DNA of 64,000 nt, taken from contig CAVYBU010000002.1 in NCBI GenBank assembly GCA_963766735.1, forward strand, positions 128,001-192,000, read 5' to 3'. This DNA is from an uncultured Chloroflexia bacterium. GTDB taxonomy: Bacteria > Chloroflexota > Limnocylindria > Limnocylindrales > CSP1-4. The position numbers and the translations under genes were made by a program. Shown here in pieces: positions 37,808 to 47,130 of this stretch; position 1 is the first letter of the stretch; every line of letters begins with the position of its first letter. The notes beneath the pieces are model-generated. The model was not told the DNA's origin, searched no databases, and saw nothing but the letters and a program-made list of their open reading frames with translations.

Positions 37808-39221
37808 CGGCCACCGCACCGAGCCCCTGGAGGACGGAGCCGAGCAGGCGGCCCTCGCCGAGGAGGCCCGCCTTCTCCGGCGGGTGCGCTGGCGTCTCGT
37901 CGCGTGGAGCGGCCTGTCGACGCTGATCGTGCTGGTCGGGCTCGGGATCGCCCTCTACGCCGCCGTGGCCAACACGCTGGCGACCGCGAGCATCGACCAG
38001 CTCGCGAACCGGGTCGATCCCTGGGTCGCCGCCCTGGAGGGCACTGTTGAGACGCCCGTCCAGCCGCCGGGGTTCGGCTTCCAGCCCGGTCGTGGCAACA
38101 CCTACCTGTTCGCATTCGACGCCGCGGGCACACCCGTCCGCCTGGGCCGGGAGCCCGTCGCGATCCTCGGCGGGATGCCCGACGCCGTCGGCATCGCGGC
38201 CGCGAACCAGGCTCCGGACGGGACCGACGTGCGCACGGCATTGCTGGAGATCGCAACGTCGCCCGCGACGCAGATCCCCGTCCGGCTGATGACCCAGAGA
38301 GTCGTGTACGCGCAGGACGGCCAGACCTACTTCCTCCAGGCGGTGCAGGACCGCTCGACAGAGGTCGAGACGCTGGGAGTCCTGCTGTCGGTCCTGCTCT
38401 TCGGCGGCGTCCTGGTCGTGCTGGTCGCGCTCGGGCTCGGTGCCGTCTACGCGCGTCGCGCTCTCGTCCCGATCCGCGAGTCACTCGCGGGCCAGCGCGT
38501 CGCCCTCCGGCGCCAGCGGGAGTTCGCGGCGGACGCCAGCCACGAGCTCCGGACGCCGCTCACCGTCATCCGCTCCTCGGTGGAGCACCTGTCCCGCCAC
38601 CGTGACCAGCCGATCGGCGAGGCGACGGAGGCGCTGGACGACATCGATGCCGAGGTATCCCACCTGACTGCGCTCGTGGACGACCTCCTGCTGCTCGCGC
38701 GCTCGGACTCCGGGGCCGTGCCGCTGGAGCGTGTCCTCCTGGACCTCGGCGACATCGCGGCCGATTCCGCGTCGGCCCTCACCCGGACGGCGGAGACCCG
38801 AGGGGTGACCGTCCTGGTTGACCCGGAACCCGCGATGGTCGATGGGGACGCCGCTCGTCTCCGGCAACTGGTGATGATCCTGGTCGACAATGCCGTTCGG
38901 CACAGCCCCAGGGGCGGGACCGTCACGGCGACGGTGCGTGCCTCCGGCAGGGTGGCCTCGATCGAGGTGACCGACGAGGGGCCCGGCGTGCGTCCGGAGG
39001 ACATGCCACACGTCTTCGACCGCTTCTGGCGGGCCCCAGGCGCCCCATCCGGGGGGACCGGCCTGGGCCTGTCGATCGCGCGCTGGATCGCGGAGCGTCA
39101 CGACGGGCGCATCGGGGTGGCGAACCGGGCAAGCGGTGGAGCCGCGTTCCGGGTGGAGCTGCCGGCCGCGGCCGGCCAGCTGGAGGCACCGACAGGGCCT
39201 GTCGGGCCGGCTGCGGGCTGA
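37800..39221 (+). CDS. Sensor histidine kinase
   Basis: Two TM helices; DASHELRTPL, LVDNA, DEGPG, FDRF and GTGLGL motifs. Confidence 0.95.
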   Translation: MADGHRTEPLEDGAEQAALAEEARLLRRVRWRLVAWSGLSTLIVLVGLGIALYAAVANTLATASIDQLANRVDPWVAALEGTVETPVQPPGFGFQPGRGNTYLFAFDAAGTPVRLGREPVAILGGMPDAVGIAAANQAPDGTDVRTALLEIATSPATQIPVRLMTQRVVYAQDGQTYFLQAVQDRSTEVETLGVLLSVLLFGGVLVVLVALGLGAVYARRALVPIRESLAGQRVALRRQREFAADASHELRTPLTVIRSSVEHLSRHRDQPIGEATEALDDIDAEVSHLTALVDDLLLLARSDSGAVPLERVLLDLGDIAADSASALTRTAETRGVTVLVDPEPAMVDGDAARLRQLVMILVDNAVRHSPRGGTVTATVRASGRVASIEVTDEGPGVRPEDMPHVFDRFWRAPGAPSGGTGLGLSIARWIAERHDGRIGVANRASGGAAFRVELPAAAGQLEAPTGPVGPAAG

Positions 39222-39254
39222 GCCCCGGGCTGGTACGCTCACGCCATCCTGAGG

Positions 39255-39294
39255 GCCGGTCCCGTGAGGCCGGCGCACCGGTCCCGTGAGGCCG
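39255..39294 (+). promoter_or_regulatory. Two tandem PyrR-binding stem-loops in the carAB leader
   Basis: CCGGTCCCGTGAGGCCG occurs twice (about 39256-39272 and 39278-39294), close to the PyrR loop consensus RUCCnGnGAGGY, upstream of carA. Confidence 0.75.
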
Positions 39295-39360
39295 ACTAGG
39301 AGGAACCTGCCAGTGCGCATGCCCGCCTGCGGCTACCTGCCGCAGCCCGCCGGGTCCTGA

Positions 39361-40524
39361 GTGATCGCCCCACCGCCCCCCGGACATCCGCCGTTGCCGC
39401 GTGCCGACGCGATCGTCGATCCGCGCGTCGGCAACGCCGGTCCTGCTCTGCTCGCGCTGGAGGATGGGACCGTCTTCCCCGGCATCGCCTTCGGCGCGCC
39501 CGTCGCCTCTGGCGGGGATCTCGTGGTGAACACGTCCCAGACCGGGTACCAGGAGATCGCCACGGATCCGTCCTACGCGGGCCAGGTCGTGGTCATGACG
39601 TACCCGCTGATCGGCAACTACGGGCGCCTGGTGGCGGACGACCAGTCCGAGCATCCATGGCTCCGGGGCCTGGTGGTGGCCCACGCGACGGCCGCGGTCC
39701 TCGACGACGCCCGCCAGCTGGCCACGCTCCTGCGGACGAACGGGATCCCTGCCATCGCGGGCGTGGACACGCGGGCGCTCGCCCGCCACCTCCGGGCGAA
39801 TGGCTGCCTGCGCGGGATCATCACGCAGCCGGGGCTCACGGACCCGGACGCCGCCGTGGAGCTGGCCCGTGCCGTGCCGCGCTGGGAGGACCAGGATTTC
39901 GTGGCCCAGGTGTCGCCCGCCGCCGTTCGCGAGCTGGGGGACGACCCGGCCGCGCCGCTCGTCGCGATCGTGGACTTCGGCCTCAAGGCCAACATCGTCA
40001 ACTCGCTCCGGCGGCGCGGGGTCCGTGTGCGCGTGCTGCCGCACACGAGCGCCGCCTCGGACGTGCTGGCCCCGGACGTGACGGGCGTGGTGCTCTCGCC
40101 GGGTCCCGGAGATCCGGCGCGGCTGGCCGCGCCCGTGGCCCTCGCCCGGACCCTGATCGAGGACGGGCGGCCGCTCCTGGGCATCTGCCTTGGGCACCAG
40201 GTCATCGCCCGTGCGGCCGGGGCGGAGACGAGTCGCCTCAGGTTCGGACACCACGGCGCGAACCACCCGGTCCAGGACCTGGACACGGGCTACGTCCAGG
40301 TGACCGCCCAGAACCACGAGGTCCAGGTGGTGGGGGACAGCCTCCCCGCCGCCTCCGGGTTCAGGGTCAGCCAGCTCAACCTCAATGACCGGTCCGTGGA
40401 AGGCCTGCGTCACGCGGAGAAGCCGATCGAGACCGTGCAGTACCACCCGGAGGGCGCCCCCGGGCCGCTCGACGCGCTGGCGGTGTTCGACCGGTTCGTG
40501 GACGCATGCCGGCGGCGCGCGTGA
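39361..40524 (+). CDS. carA: Carbamoyl-phosphate synthase small subunit
   Basis: TGYQEIATDPSYAGQ, LSPGPGDP, GICLGHQ and QYHPE motifs. Confidence 0.97.
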   Translation: MIAPPPPGHPPLPRADAIVDPRVGNAGPALLALEDGTVFPGIAFGAPVASGGDLVVNTSQTGYQEIATDPSYAGQVVVMTYPLIGNYGRLVADDQSEHPWLRGLVVAHATAAVLDDARQLATLLRTNGIPAIAGVDTRALARHLRANGCLRGIITQPGLTDPDAAVELARAVPRWEDQDFVAQVSPAAVRELGDDPAAPLVAIVDFGLKANIVNSLRRRGVRVRVLPHTSAASDVLAPDVTGVVLSPGPGDPARLAAPVALARTLIEDGRPLLGICLGHQVIARAAGAETSRLRFGHHGANHPVQDLDTGYVQVTAQNHEVQVVGDSLPAASGFRVSQLNLNDRSVEGLRHAEKPIETVQYHPEGAPGPLDALAVFDRFVDACRRRA

Positions 40525-40542
40525 CCCGCGGATGAGTGCCCG

Positions 40543-43500
40543 ATGACCGTCCCGACCCCGTACGAGCGCCCGCACCGGCCGAAGCCCGAGTCCGTCCTGA
40601 TCCTGGGCTCGGGGCCGGTCGTCATCGGACAGGCGGCCGAGTTCGACTACGCCGGCACCCAGGCCTGCCGCGCGCTCCGAGCCGAGGGTGTGCGCACGAT
40701 CCTGGTCAACTCCAACCCGGCCACGATCATGACGGACCCCACCGTCGCAGACGCGGTCTACCTCGAACCGCTCACCGTCGCCGCCATCGAGGCCGTGATC
40801 GCCCGCGAGAAGCCGGAGGGACTGCTGGCAGGGCTGGGCGGGCAGACGGCGCTGAACCTGGCGATGGCGCTGGCCGAGGCCGGCGTCCTGGACCGGCACA
40901 ACGTCCGCCTCCTGGGCACGCCGCTCGAGGCAATCCGGATGGCCGAGGACCGCGAGGCGTTCCGGGACCTGCTCGAACGCATCGACCAGCCCTACGCGCC
41001 CTCGTTCATCGTCGAGGGCGCCGACGACGACGCGCGCCAGGCATCCGCCCGGGAGGCCCTGGACACCATCGGCCTGCCGGCCATCATCCGGCCCGCGTTC
41101 ACCCTGGGCGGGACCGGCGGGGGCATCGTCGAGACGGAGGGGGCCTACTGGGAGCGCGTCAAGGCCGGCCTCCGCGCCAGCCCGATCAGGCAGGTGATGA
41201 TCGAGCGCTGCCTGGTCGGCTGGCAGGAGATCGAATACGAGGTCATGCGCGACGCCGAGGACACCTGCATCGCGGTGTGCTCGATGGAGAACGTGGACCC
41301 GCTGGGGGTCCACACCGGCGACTCGATCGTCGTGGCGCCCGTCCAGACGCTGACCGACCAGGTCCACCAGCGGCTGCGGAGCGCCGCGCTGACGATCATC
41401 CGCGCCCTGGGCGTGGAGGGCGGCTGCAACGTCCAGTTCGCGCTCTCGCCGGACTCCACCGAATACGCGGTCATCGAGGTGAACCCGCGGGTCTCGCGCT
41501 CGTCGGCCCTGGCATCCAAGGCCACGGGCTACCCGATCGCCCGTGTGGCCGCGCAGATCGCCGCGGGCCGGACGCTGGCCGAGATCCCGAACGTGGTCAC
41601 GGGGACGACCGTTGCCGCGTTCGAGCCCGCGCTGGACTACGTGGTGGTCAAGCTGCCGCGCTTCCCGTTCGACAAGTTCCCGACCGCGGACCGCCGCCTG
41701 GGCTCGCAGATGAAGGCCACCGGCGAGGTGATGGCGATCGACCGGACCTTCGGCGCCGCTCTCAACAAGGCCCTCCGGGGCCTGGAGCAGGCCGGGGCCG
41801 GGCCGTTGGGCGAGGACCCGTCATGGCGTCCGACCCTCGACTACCTGGCCGCGGTCTACGCGGGCTCCGAGGCAGGCCCCGACGCGGATGCCGAGGCGGA
41901 AGAGGACCCGCTGCTCCCCGATGACGACGCGGCGATCCGCTGGGTGGACGAGCGTGGCCAGGCGTGCGAGAGCACCCGGTTTGCGCAGCGCTCGGCCGCG
42001 CCGATCGTCCTGCGGCAGTTCCTGGAGCCGTCCGATTCGCGGCTGTGGCGCCTGCTTGGCCTCCTGCGCCGCGGCGTGCCCCAGGAGGTGGTCCGGCGGG
42101 CGACGGGCATCTCGCCCTGGTTCCTCGCGGAGATGGGCCGGAACCTCGCGCTGGAACGGGACGTGAGGGCAGCGGGCGGCCGCCTCGTGGATCCGGACGA
42201 CGGCGAGGCGGCCTCGCTCCTGGCCACGGCCAAGCGCGCCGCGTTCTCGGACCGGGACCTGGGGATCCTGGCGGGCGTCCAGGAGGCCGCCGTCCGCGGC
42301 GCACGGACGGCCCTGGGGCTGATCCCCGGCTACGCGATGGTGGACACCTGCGCGGCGGAGTTCGCCGCCGAGACGCCGTACTTCTACTCGACCTACGCGT
42401 CGGCCGGCTCGCCGCCCGAGGCGCCCCCGGTACGACGGCCCGCTGCGCTTGTGATCGGCAGCGGCCCCGTCCGAATCGGGCAGGGGATCGAGTTCGACTA
42501 CTGCGCCGTCCAGGCCGCGGACGTCCTCCGTCGCGAGGGGTGGGGCGCGGTCATGGTCAACTCGAACCCGGAGACGGTCTCCACGGACTTCGACGCGTCC
42601 ACGCGCCTGTACTTCGAACCGCTGGACACCGAGAGCGTGCGCAGCATCATCGAGTTCGAGAGTGGCGCCACCGGGATGGATCCGGCCGCGGCCGCGGACC
42701 TGCTGCCCGCCGTGGTGGCGTTCGGCGGCCAGACGCCGCTCAACCTCGCCGCGCCGCTGGTCGCGAGCGGCGTGCCGCTGCTGGGCTCCGACCTGGAGGC
42801 GATCGACCAGGCTGAGGAGCGGACGCGGTTCTCGTCGCTCCTGGACCGCCTGGGCATCCCACAGCCCGAGGGCGGCATGGCCGAGTCGATCGAGGAGGCC
42901 CTCACGCTCGCCGAGCGGATCGGCTACCCGGTCATCGTGCGGCCGTCGTTCGTCATCGGCGGCCTCGCCATCGACTTCGCGTACTCGCCCGAGGACCTCG
43001 CGCGTCACCTGGCAGCCGCCGTTGTCGTGGACCCCGACCGACCGGTGCGCATCGACCGCTTCCTCGAGGGCATCGAGGTGGACGTGGATGCCATCTCCGA
43101 CGGGACGGACGTGCTGATCCCAGGACTGCTGGAGCACGTCGAGCGGGCCGGCGTCCACTCGGGGGACTCGATCGGGGTGTTCCCGCCGCAGCACGTGGCG
43201 GATGGCGACCAGGCCCTGATCGTCGCCACGATGGAGCGCATCTGCCTGGCTCTCGGCGCGAAAGGGCTCGTCAACGCCCAGTTCATCGTCCGTGACGACG
43301 GCGTCTACCTGATCGAGGTCAACCCGCGCGCCTCGCGAACGGTCCCGTTCATGTCCAAGGTGACCGGAGTCCCGATGGTGGAGCTGGCGGTCCGCATCTC
43401 GCTCGGCTCGACGCTGGCGGGGATGGGCTGGTCGGGCGGGCTACGGCCGGTGCCGCCGTTCGTCTCGGTCAAGGCACCGGCGTTCTCGACCGCCAAGCTC

Positions 43501-44073
43501 AAGGGCGTGGACCCTTCGGTGGGACCGTTCATGCAGTCCACGGGTGAGGTCATCGGCATCGCGGTGGATCCTCGCGTGGCGATGGCGAAGGCGCTCACCG
43601 GAGCGTCGCTGATCCCGCCGCGGGCTCGGGAGGGCGAGGTGCCCCTCGCGCTGCTCTCGATCGCCGACCGGGACAAGGGCGGCCTGCTGGACCTGGCCCG
43701 CGCACTGGTCCGCGCCGGCTACCGGCTGGCGGCCACGTCCGGGACGCGCGCGGCGCTCGGGGCGGCAGGGTTCGAGGCCCTGCCGGTGGCCAAGCTCGGT
43801 TCCGAGCCCGTGGGCGACGAGGCCGGGATCCTTGCCCTGATCGAGGGCGGCGAGGTCCGGCTGGTGGTCAATACGCCGACGCCGCGTTCCGGGGCAGTAC
43901 GGGACGCCGCCGAGATCCGCCACACGGCGATCGCGGAGGGTGTGCTGTGCCTGACCGCGATCGAGACCGGGGTCGCTGCCGCGGAGGCGCTGGACCCGGC
44001 GATCGCCGACGACATCGCAGTCGTGCGCCCGATCACGGACTGGGTGCCGATCGGGGGGACGCCGGCCAGCTGA
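40543..44073 (+). CDS. carB: Carbamoyl-phosphate synthase large subunit
   Basis: GSGPVVIGQAAEFDYAG, EVNPRVSRSSALASKATG, VDTCAAEF and GQGIEFDYC motifs, then an MGS domain. Confidence 0.97.
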   Translation: MTVPTPYERPHRPKPESVLILGSGPVVIGQAAEFDYAGTQACRALRAEGVRTILVNSNPATIMTDPTVADAVYLEPLTVAAIEAVIAREKPEGLLAGLGGQTALNLAMALAEAGVLDRHNVRLLGTPLEAIRMAEDREAFRDLLERIDQPYAPSFIVEGADDDARQASAREALDTIGLPAIIRPAFTLGGTGGGIVETEGAYWERVKAGLRASPIRQVMIERCLVGWQEIEYEVMRDAEDTCIAVCSMENVDPLGVHTGDSIVVAPVQTLTDQVHQRLRSAALTIIRALGVEGGCNVQFALSPDSTEYAVIEVNPRVSRSSALASKATGYPIARVAAQIAAGRTLAEIPNVVTGTTVAAFEPALDYVVVKLPRFPFDKFPTADRRLGSQMKATGEVMAIDRTFGAALNKALRGLEQAGAGPLGEDPSWRPTLDYLAAVYAGSEAGPDADAEAEEDPLLPDDDAAIRWVDERGQACESTRFAQRSAAPIVLRQFLEPSDSRLWRLLGLLRRGVPQEVVRRATGISPWFLAEMGRNLALERDVRAAGGRLVDPDDGEAASLLATAKRAAFSDRDLGILAGVQEAAVRGARTALGLIPGYAMVDTCAAEFAAETPYFYSTYASAGSPPEAPPVRRPAALVIGSGPVRIGQGIEFDYCAVQAADVLRREGWGAVMVNSNPETVSTDFDASTRLYFEPLDTESVRSIIEFESGATGMDPAAAADLLPAVVAFGGQTPLNLAAPLVASGVPLLGSDLEAIDQAEERTRFSSLLDRLGIPQPEGGMAESIEEALTLAERIGYPVIVRPSFVIGGLAIDFAYSPEDLARHLAAAVVVDPDRPVRIDRFLEGIEVDVDAISDGTDVLIPGLLEHVERAGVHSGDSIGVFPPQHVADGDQALIVATMERICLALGAKGLVNAQFIVRDDGVYLIEVNPRASRTVPFMSKVTGVPMVELAVRISLGSTLAGMGWSGGLRPVPPFVSVKAPAFSTAKLKGVDPSVGPFMQSTGEVIGIAVDPRVAMAKALTGASLIPPRAREGEVPLALLSIADRDKGGLLDLARALVRAGYRLAATSGTRAALGAAGFEALPVAKLGSEPVGDEAGILALIEGGEVRLVVNTPTPRSGAVRDAAEIRHTAIAEGVLCLTAIETGVAAAEALDPAIADDIAVVRPITDWVPIGGTPAS

Positions 44074-44099
44074 GTGCGGGTCCTGGGCGCCGGTCGCGG

Positions 44100-44149
44100 G
44101 CTGTGCGCCGTCGCGCGCTGTGCGCCGTCGCGCGCTGTGCGCCGTCGCG
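44100..44149. repeat. 17-bp tandem repeat x3 (GCTGTGCGCCGTCGCGC)
   Basis: Head-to-tail copies with no spacers, between convergent genes. Confidence 0.85.
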
Positions 44150-44184
44150 GGCCTCTGAGGCGGTCCGGCGCGGAGCTCCGTGGG

Positions 44185-45678
44185 TCAGGCGGGGCGGGCG
44201 ATCCCCGGGGCGCAGACCGGGGCGCAGCCCGCGGCGGTCTCCTGGTCCACGACGATCGCCTGGCCCAGCGACCAGAGCGTCAGCGTCGTCAGCGCCACCA
44301 TCATCACGGCGAGGGGAACCTCGCGGGCGCGAACGTTGCGCGGGCGTGGCGCCTCAGGGGCATGGATCCTCCGGTGGCGCATGTCCCGCGCCGGCTTTGG
44401 CTGGCGCTCGGCGTCCATGTCCCGCTGGGCCGTGACGTGCCCGGCCCATGCACCCAGCATGTGCCCGCCCACGACGGCCACCAGCTGCACGGTCCAGACG
44501 AGCCCGGGCGGCAGCCAGGCCCCGGATGGCTCGAAGAATGCGGTGCCGAAGAGGTCGTCGCCTCGCTGGAGCGGGTCCGAGAGGGCGATCAGGATCCGCT
44601 GGCCATCGATCAGCAGGTAGGTCAGGTAGTGCGCGACCAGGTAGCCGACGGCGATCGGCAGCAGGCCGGCCCCGATCGCCCCCGGGCTCACGGTGCGCGC
44701 CACGACGATCGCGCCGCCGACGATCGCGCCGATGAACGCGCCCAGGAGGAGCGTCTGCGTGCCGATAGAGGGATTGCCGAACACGGTGGCGAAGGCGGCG
44801 GTCTGCGAGAGCCCATCGAAGATGATCGACCCCGTCCCGATGGCCACCAGCACGATGCGGGGCGTGGTCCAGGACGCGTCCAGCAGTCCGGCTGCGAACG
44901 GGCGCCGGACGACACGGGCGACGTCCACCCCGTGCGGCGATCCGCCCGCGACGGTGCCGTATGGGGCAAGGAGGTTGAGCGTCCGGAACCAGACCGTGAA
45001 CGTCTCACCCTCGGCGCGCCACGCATCGCGCCCGAAGTGGGCCATCAGCGCCAGGGTGAGGATCGTGTACCCGAGAAGGACGACGGTGAGGGTCGCGTTC
45101 CCCGCCACCGCCACCAGCTCCAGCCAGACGAAGAACGCGAGCCCGGCTGCGGCCGGCCAGACGCGCAGTCGCGCCGGGATGGGGGACGGGCGCCAGCCGC
45201 GGATCCCGGCCCGGCGCAGGACCCAGGCCAGGATGTCGTGAAGGGTGGCGAAGGGGTCGAGCCACTCCCAGACGGGACCGGCCAGCGCCGACAGCACGGC
45301 GATCCCCACCCAGCCGAACACCCACAGGAACAGCGACGCGACGGCCCCGGCGGATGCGCCGCCCGCCAGCCCCTGGAGCATGATCCACGTCCAGCCGGCG
45401 AGCCCCACGCCGCGGAGTGCCGCCCGGAGGGCGCGGGGCACGGCGACCAGTTTGGGATCCGCCGCAGGCGCCGCCCGCATGTCGCGGGCCAGCACGAACA
45501 GGAACGAGAGCGCCACGACCGCGGCCGCGCCGGCCAGGTACACGACCAGCGGGAGGGGGCTCTGGTACACGGGGGATAGGCCGTGGGCAGTGGCGACGGC
45601 GGGCAGTGCCGCAACCAGCAGCATCCCGGCGGCGCCGCCCATCAGGCGAGCCGGGATTCGGGCGCGAGGGTGCTGCAC
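44185..45678 (-). CDS. Polytopic membrane protein with a signal peptide and mature N-terminal His (resembles proteins annotated 'fenitrothion hydrolase')
   Basis: ATA-HGL signal, about 10 TM helices, LLPIAVGYLVAHY and VVGGHMLGAWAGH. Starts 3 nt after copC. Confidence 0.75.
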   Translation of the reverse strand: MQHPRARIPARLMGGAAGMLLVAALPAVATAHGLSPVYQSPLPLVVYLAGAAAVVALSFLFVLARDMRAAPAADPKLVAVPRALRAALRGVGLAGWTWIMLQGLAGGASAGAVASLFLWVFGWVGIAVLSALAGPVWEWLDPFATLHDILAWVLRRAGIRGWRPSPIPARLRVWPAAAGLAFFVWLELVAVAGNATLTVVLLGYTILTLALMAHFGRDAWRAEGETFTVWFRTLNLLAPYGTVAGGSPHGVDVARVVRRPFAAGLLDASWTTPRIVLVAIGTGSIIFDGLSQTAAFATVFGNPSIGTQTLLLGAFIGAIVGGAIVVARTVSPGAIGAGLLPIAVGYLVAHYLTYLLIDGQRILIALSDPLQRGDDLFGTAFFEPSGAWLPPGLVWTVQLVAVVGGHMLGAWAGHVTAQRDMDAERQPKPARDMRHRRIHAPEAPRPRNVRAREVPLAVMMVALTTLTLWSLGQAIVVDQETAAGCAPVCAPGIARPA

Positions 45679-45681
45679 TCG

Positions 45682-46365
45682 TCAGGCCCTGCGACTGCGC
45701 CGAAGGACGAGCATTCCGACGCCGGCCATCATGATCAGCCCTGCGGCGATCGGGATCAGCACCTCGATGGTCGGAGTGGCGGCCGACTCGGCGTCGTCAG
45801 GGGGGCTGGGAGCCGCCGTTTCGGGGGTGACCGGCTCCAGAGTTGCCGGCCCGGGGGTCGGGTCCGCGGTGGGGTCCGCGGTCGGGTCGGGCGTCGCGGG
45901 CGAGGCGGTCGCCGCTGGCGTCTCGGGTGCCGCGGGTGTCGGCGTGGGCTCGGCGACGGTGAACGCGAGCGTGCCCCGGATGAGGTGCCCGTCCGGCGAG
46001 GCAGCCGTCCAGCGGACCTCGTAGGCACCGGCTGCCAGCGTCAGCCCATCGAGGGCCATGACCTTCGCGCTCGCCTTGGTCACCTTGCCGGTACCGACGG
46101 TACCGTCCGGGCCGAGCAGCTTGAACGAGCTCTTCCCGGTATCGAGGGCCTCGCTGAAGGTCAGGCTCACCTTCGTCGGCGGCGTCTCCAGGACCGCACC
46201 GTCCTTGGGGCTGGACTCGACCAGGTCGGCATGGGCGAGGGCGGGCGCGGCGATCACCAGCGCGAGCAGAAGCCCCGCCGCGACGGAGATGCCCCAGCCG
46301 AAGGCGGGTATTCTCCTGAGGCGCCGCTGTCGGGCCGTTGGCTGGTTGATGGCGTCGGTGCTCAC
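45682..46365 (-). CDS. copC: CopC copper-binding protein with a Pro/Thr linker and C-terminal membrane anchor
   Basis: ALA-HADLVESSP..., LTFSEAL and WTAASPDGH motifs. TAGACT lies 8 nt before GTG 46365. Confidence 0.88.
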   Translation of the reverse strand: MSTDAINQPTARQRRLRRIPAFGWGISVAAGLLLALVIAAPALAHADLVESSPKDGAVLETPPTKVSLTFSEALDTGKSSFKLLGPDGTVGTGKVTKASAKVMALDGLTLAAGAYEVRWTAASPDGHLIRGTLAFTVAEPTPTPAAPETPAATASPATPDPTADPTADPTPGPATLEPVTPETAAPSPPDDAESAATPTIEVLIPIAAGLIMMAGVGMLVLRRSRRA

Positions 46366-46466
46366 GGTGCCGGAGTCTACAAGCGGCGCCGGGACCATGC
46401 CGTCCGCGGTCCGGCGGCTCTGCTCATGCGCCCGGCCACGGCGGGCGAACACAGGCAACGTCATCC

Positions 46467-46934
46467 GTGGCCACAGCCCCCAGAGGTTCGATGCCCACCC
46501 CGTCCGATCCCATGCCGATCCCGCCCATCTCGATCATCGCGCCCGCCGCGCATGATGGCCCCTACGTGCCGGGGGTCTGCAACATCGGGCCGTGGGAGAT
46601 CCGGCGGCGCCGGACCTACGCGGTCATCGGCTTCGCGGTGGCGCTCGTCCTGTTCGTCGCGCTGGTCGCCGCCGGCGCGCCGCCCATCGCGCGGCTGCTC
46701 GTCCTGCTGCCTCTCTGGGGTGGCGCGCTCTCGTGGCTCCAGGCGCGGCGGCGGTTCTGCGCCGGTTTCGCGATGGCGGGCATCAGCAACTTCGCGGACG
46801 GCGGGGCGGGGCGCCAGGCCGTGAAGGATCCGGTGGCGCATCGCGCGGATGTCCGGGCCACGCTGCGCATGACGCTCGACTCGTTCCTGATCGCGTTTCC
46901 CGTGACGATCGTGGCGGTGCTGCTCCCGGTGTAG
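46467..46934 (+). CDS. Small membrane protein with YxPGxCNIG and FCAG motifs; start may be 46491 or 46512
   Basis: Three hydrophobic segments and typical codon use. Confidence 0.7.
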   Translation: MATAPRGSMPTPSDPMPIPPISIIAPAAHDGPYVPGVCNIGPWEIRRRRTYAVIGFAVALVLFVALVAAGAPPIARLLVLLPLWGGALSWLQARRRFCAGFAMAGISNFADGGAGRQAVKDPVAHRADVRATLRMTLDSFLIAFPVTIVAVLLPV

Positions 46935-47130
46935 GGATGGGCGGTCCGCTCGGTGCCCGCCCCGCACGCCCTGTTCCACGGCGCAACACGACCGCGAGAC
47001 CCTTCGCCCAGCCCGGCGCGCCCGCCCCTCCCGGCCAGTGAGGTCAGCCGCCAACCGTCCGCCGACGGCCTGCGGAGCCTCCTCACCCTACAATCGCCCC
47101 AGCCCAATTCCGCCCGAGGATTCTCCCCGT

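Noticed and set aside
39358-39360. In-frame TGA before carA as selenocysteine or readthrough
   Set aside because: It lies outside any conserved domain and no SECIS-like context is evident. A leader ORF stop is simpler.
34591-41367. Very long antisense ORFs (929 aa and 814 aa) and similar ones across the window
   Set aside because: Stop-poor shadow frames typical of high-GC DNA, lying opposite clear genes and with no motifs.
44100-44149. Tandem repeat as a possible CRISPR array
   Set aside because: 17-bp units with no spacers and no cas genes.
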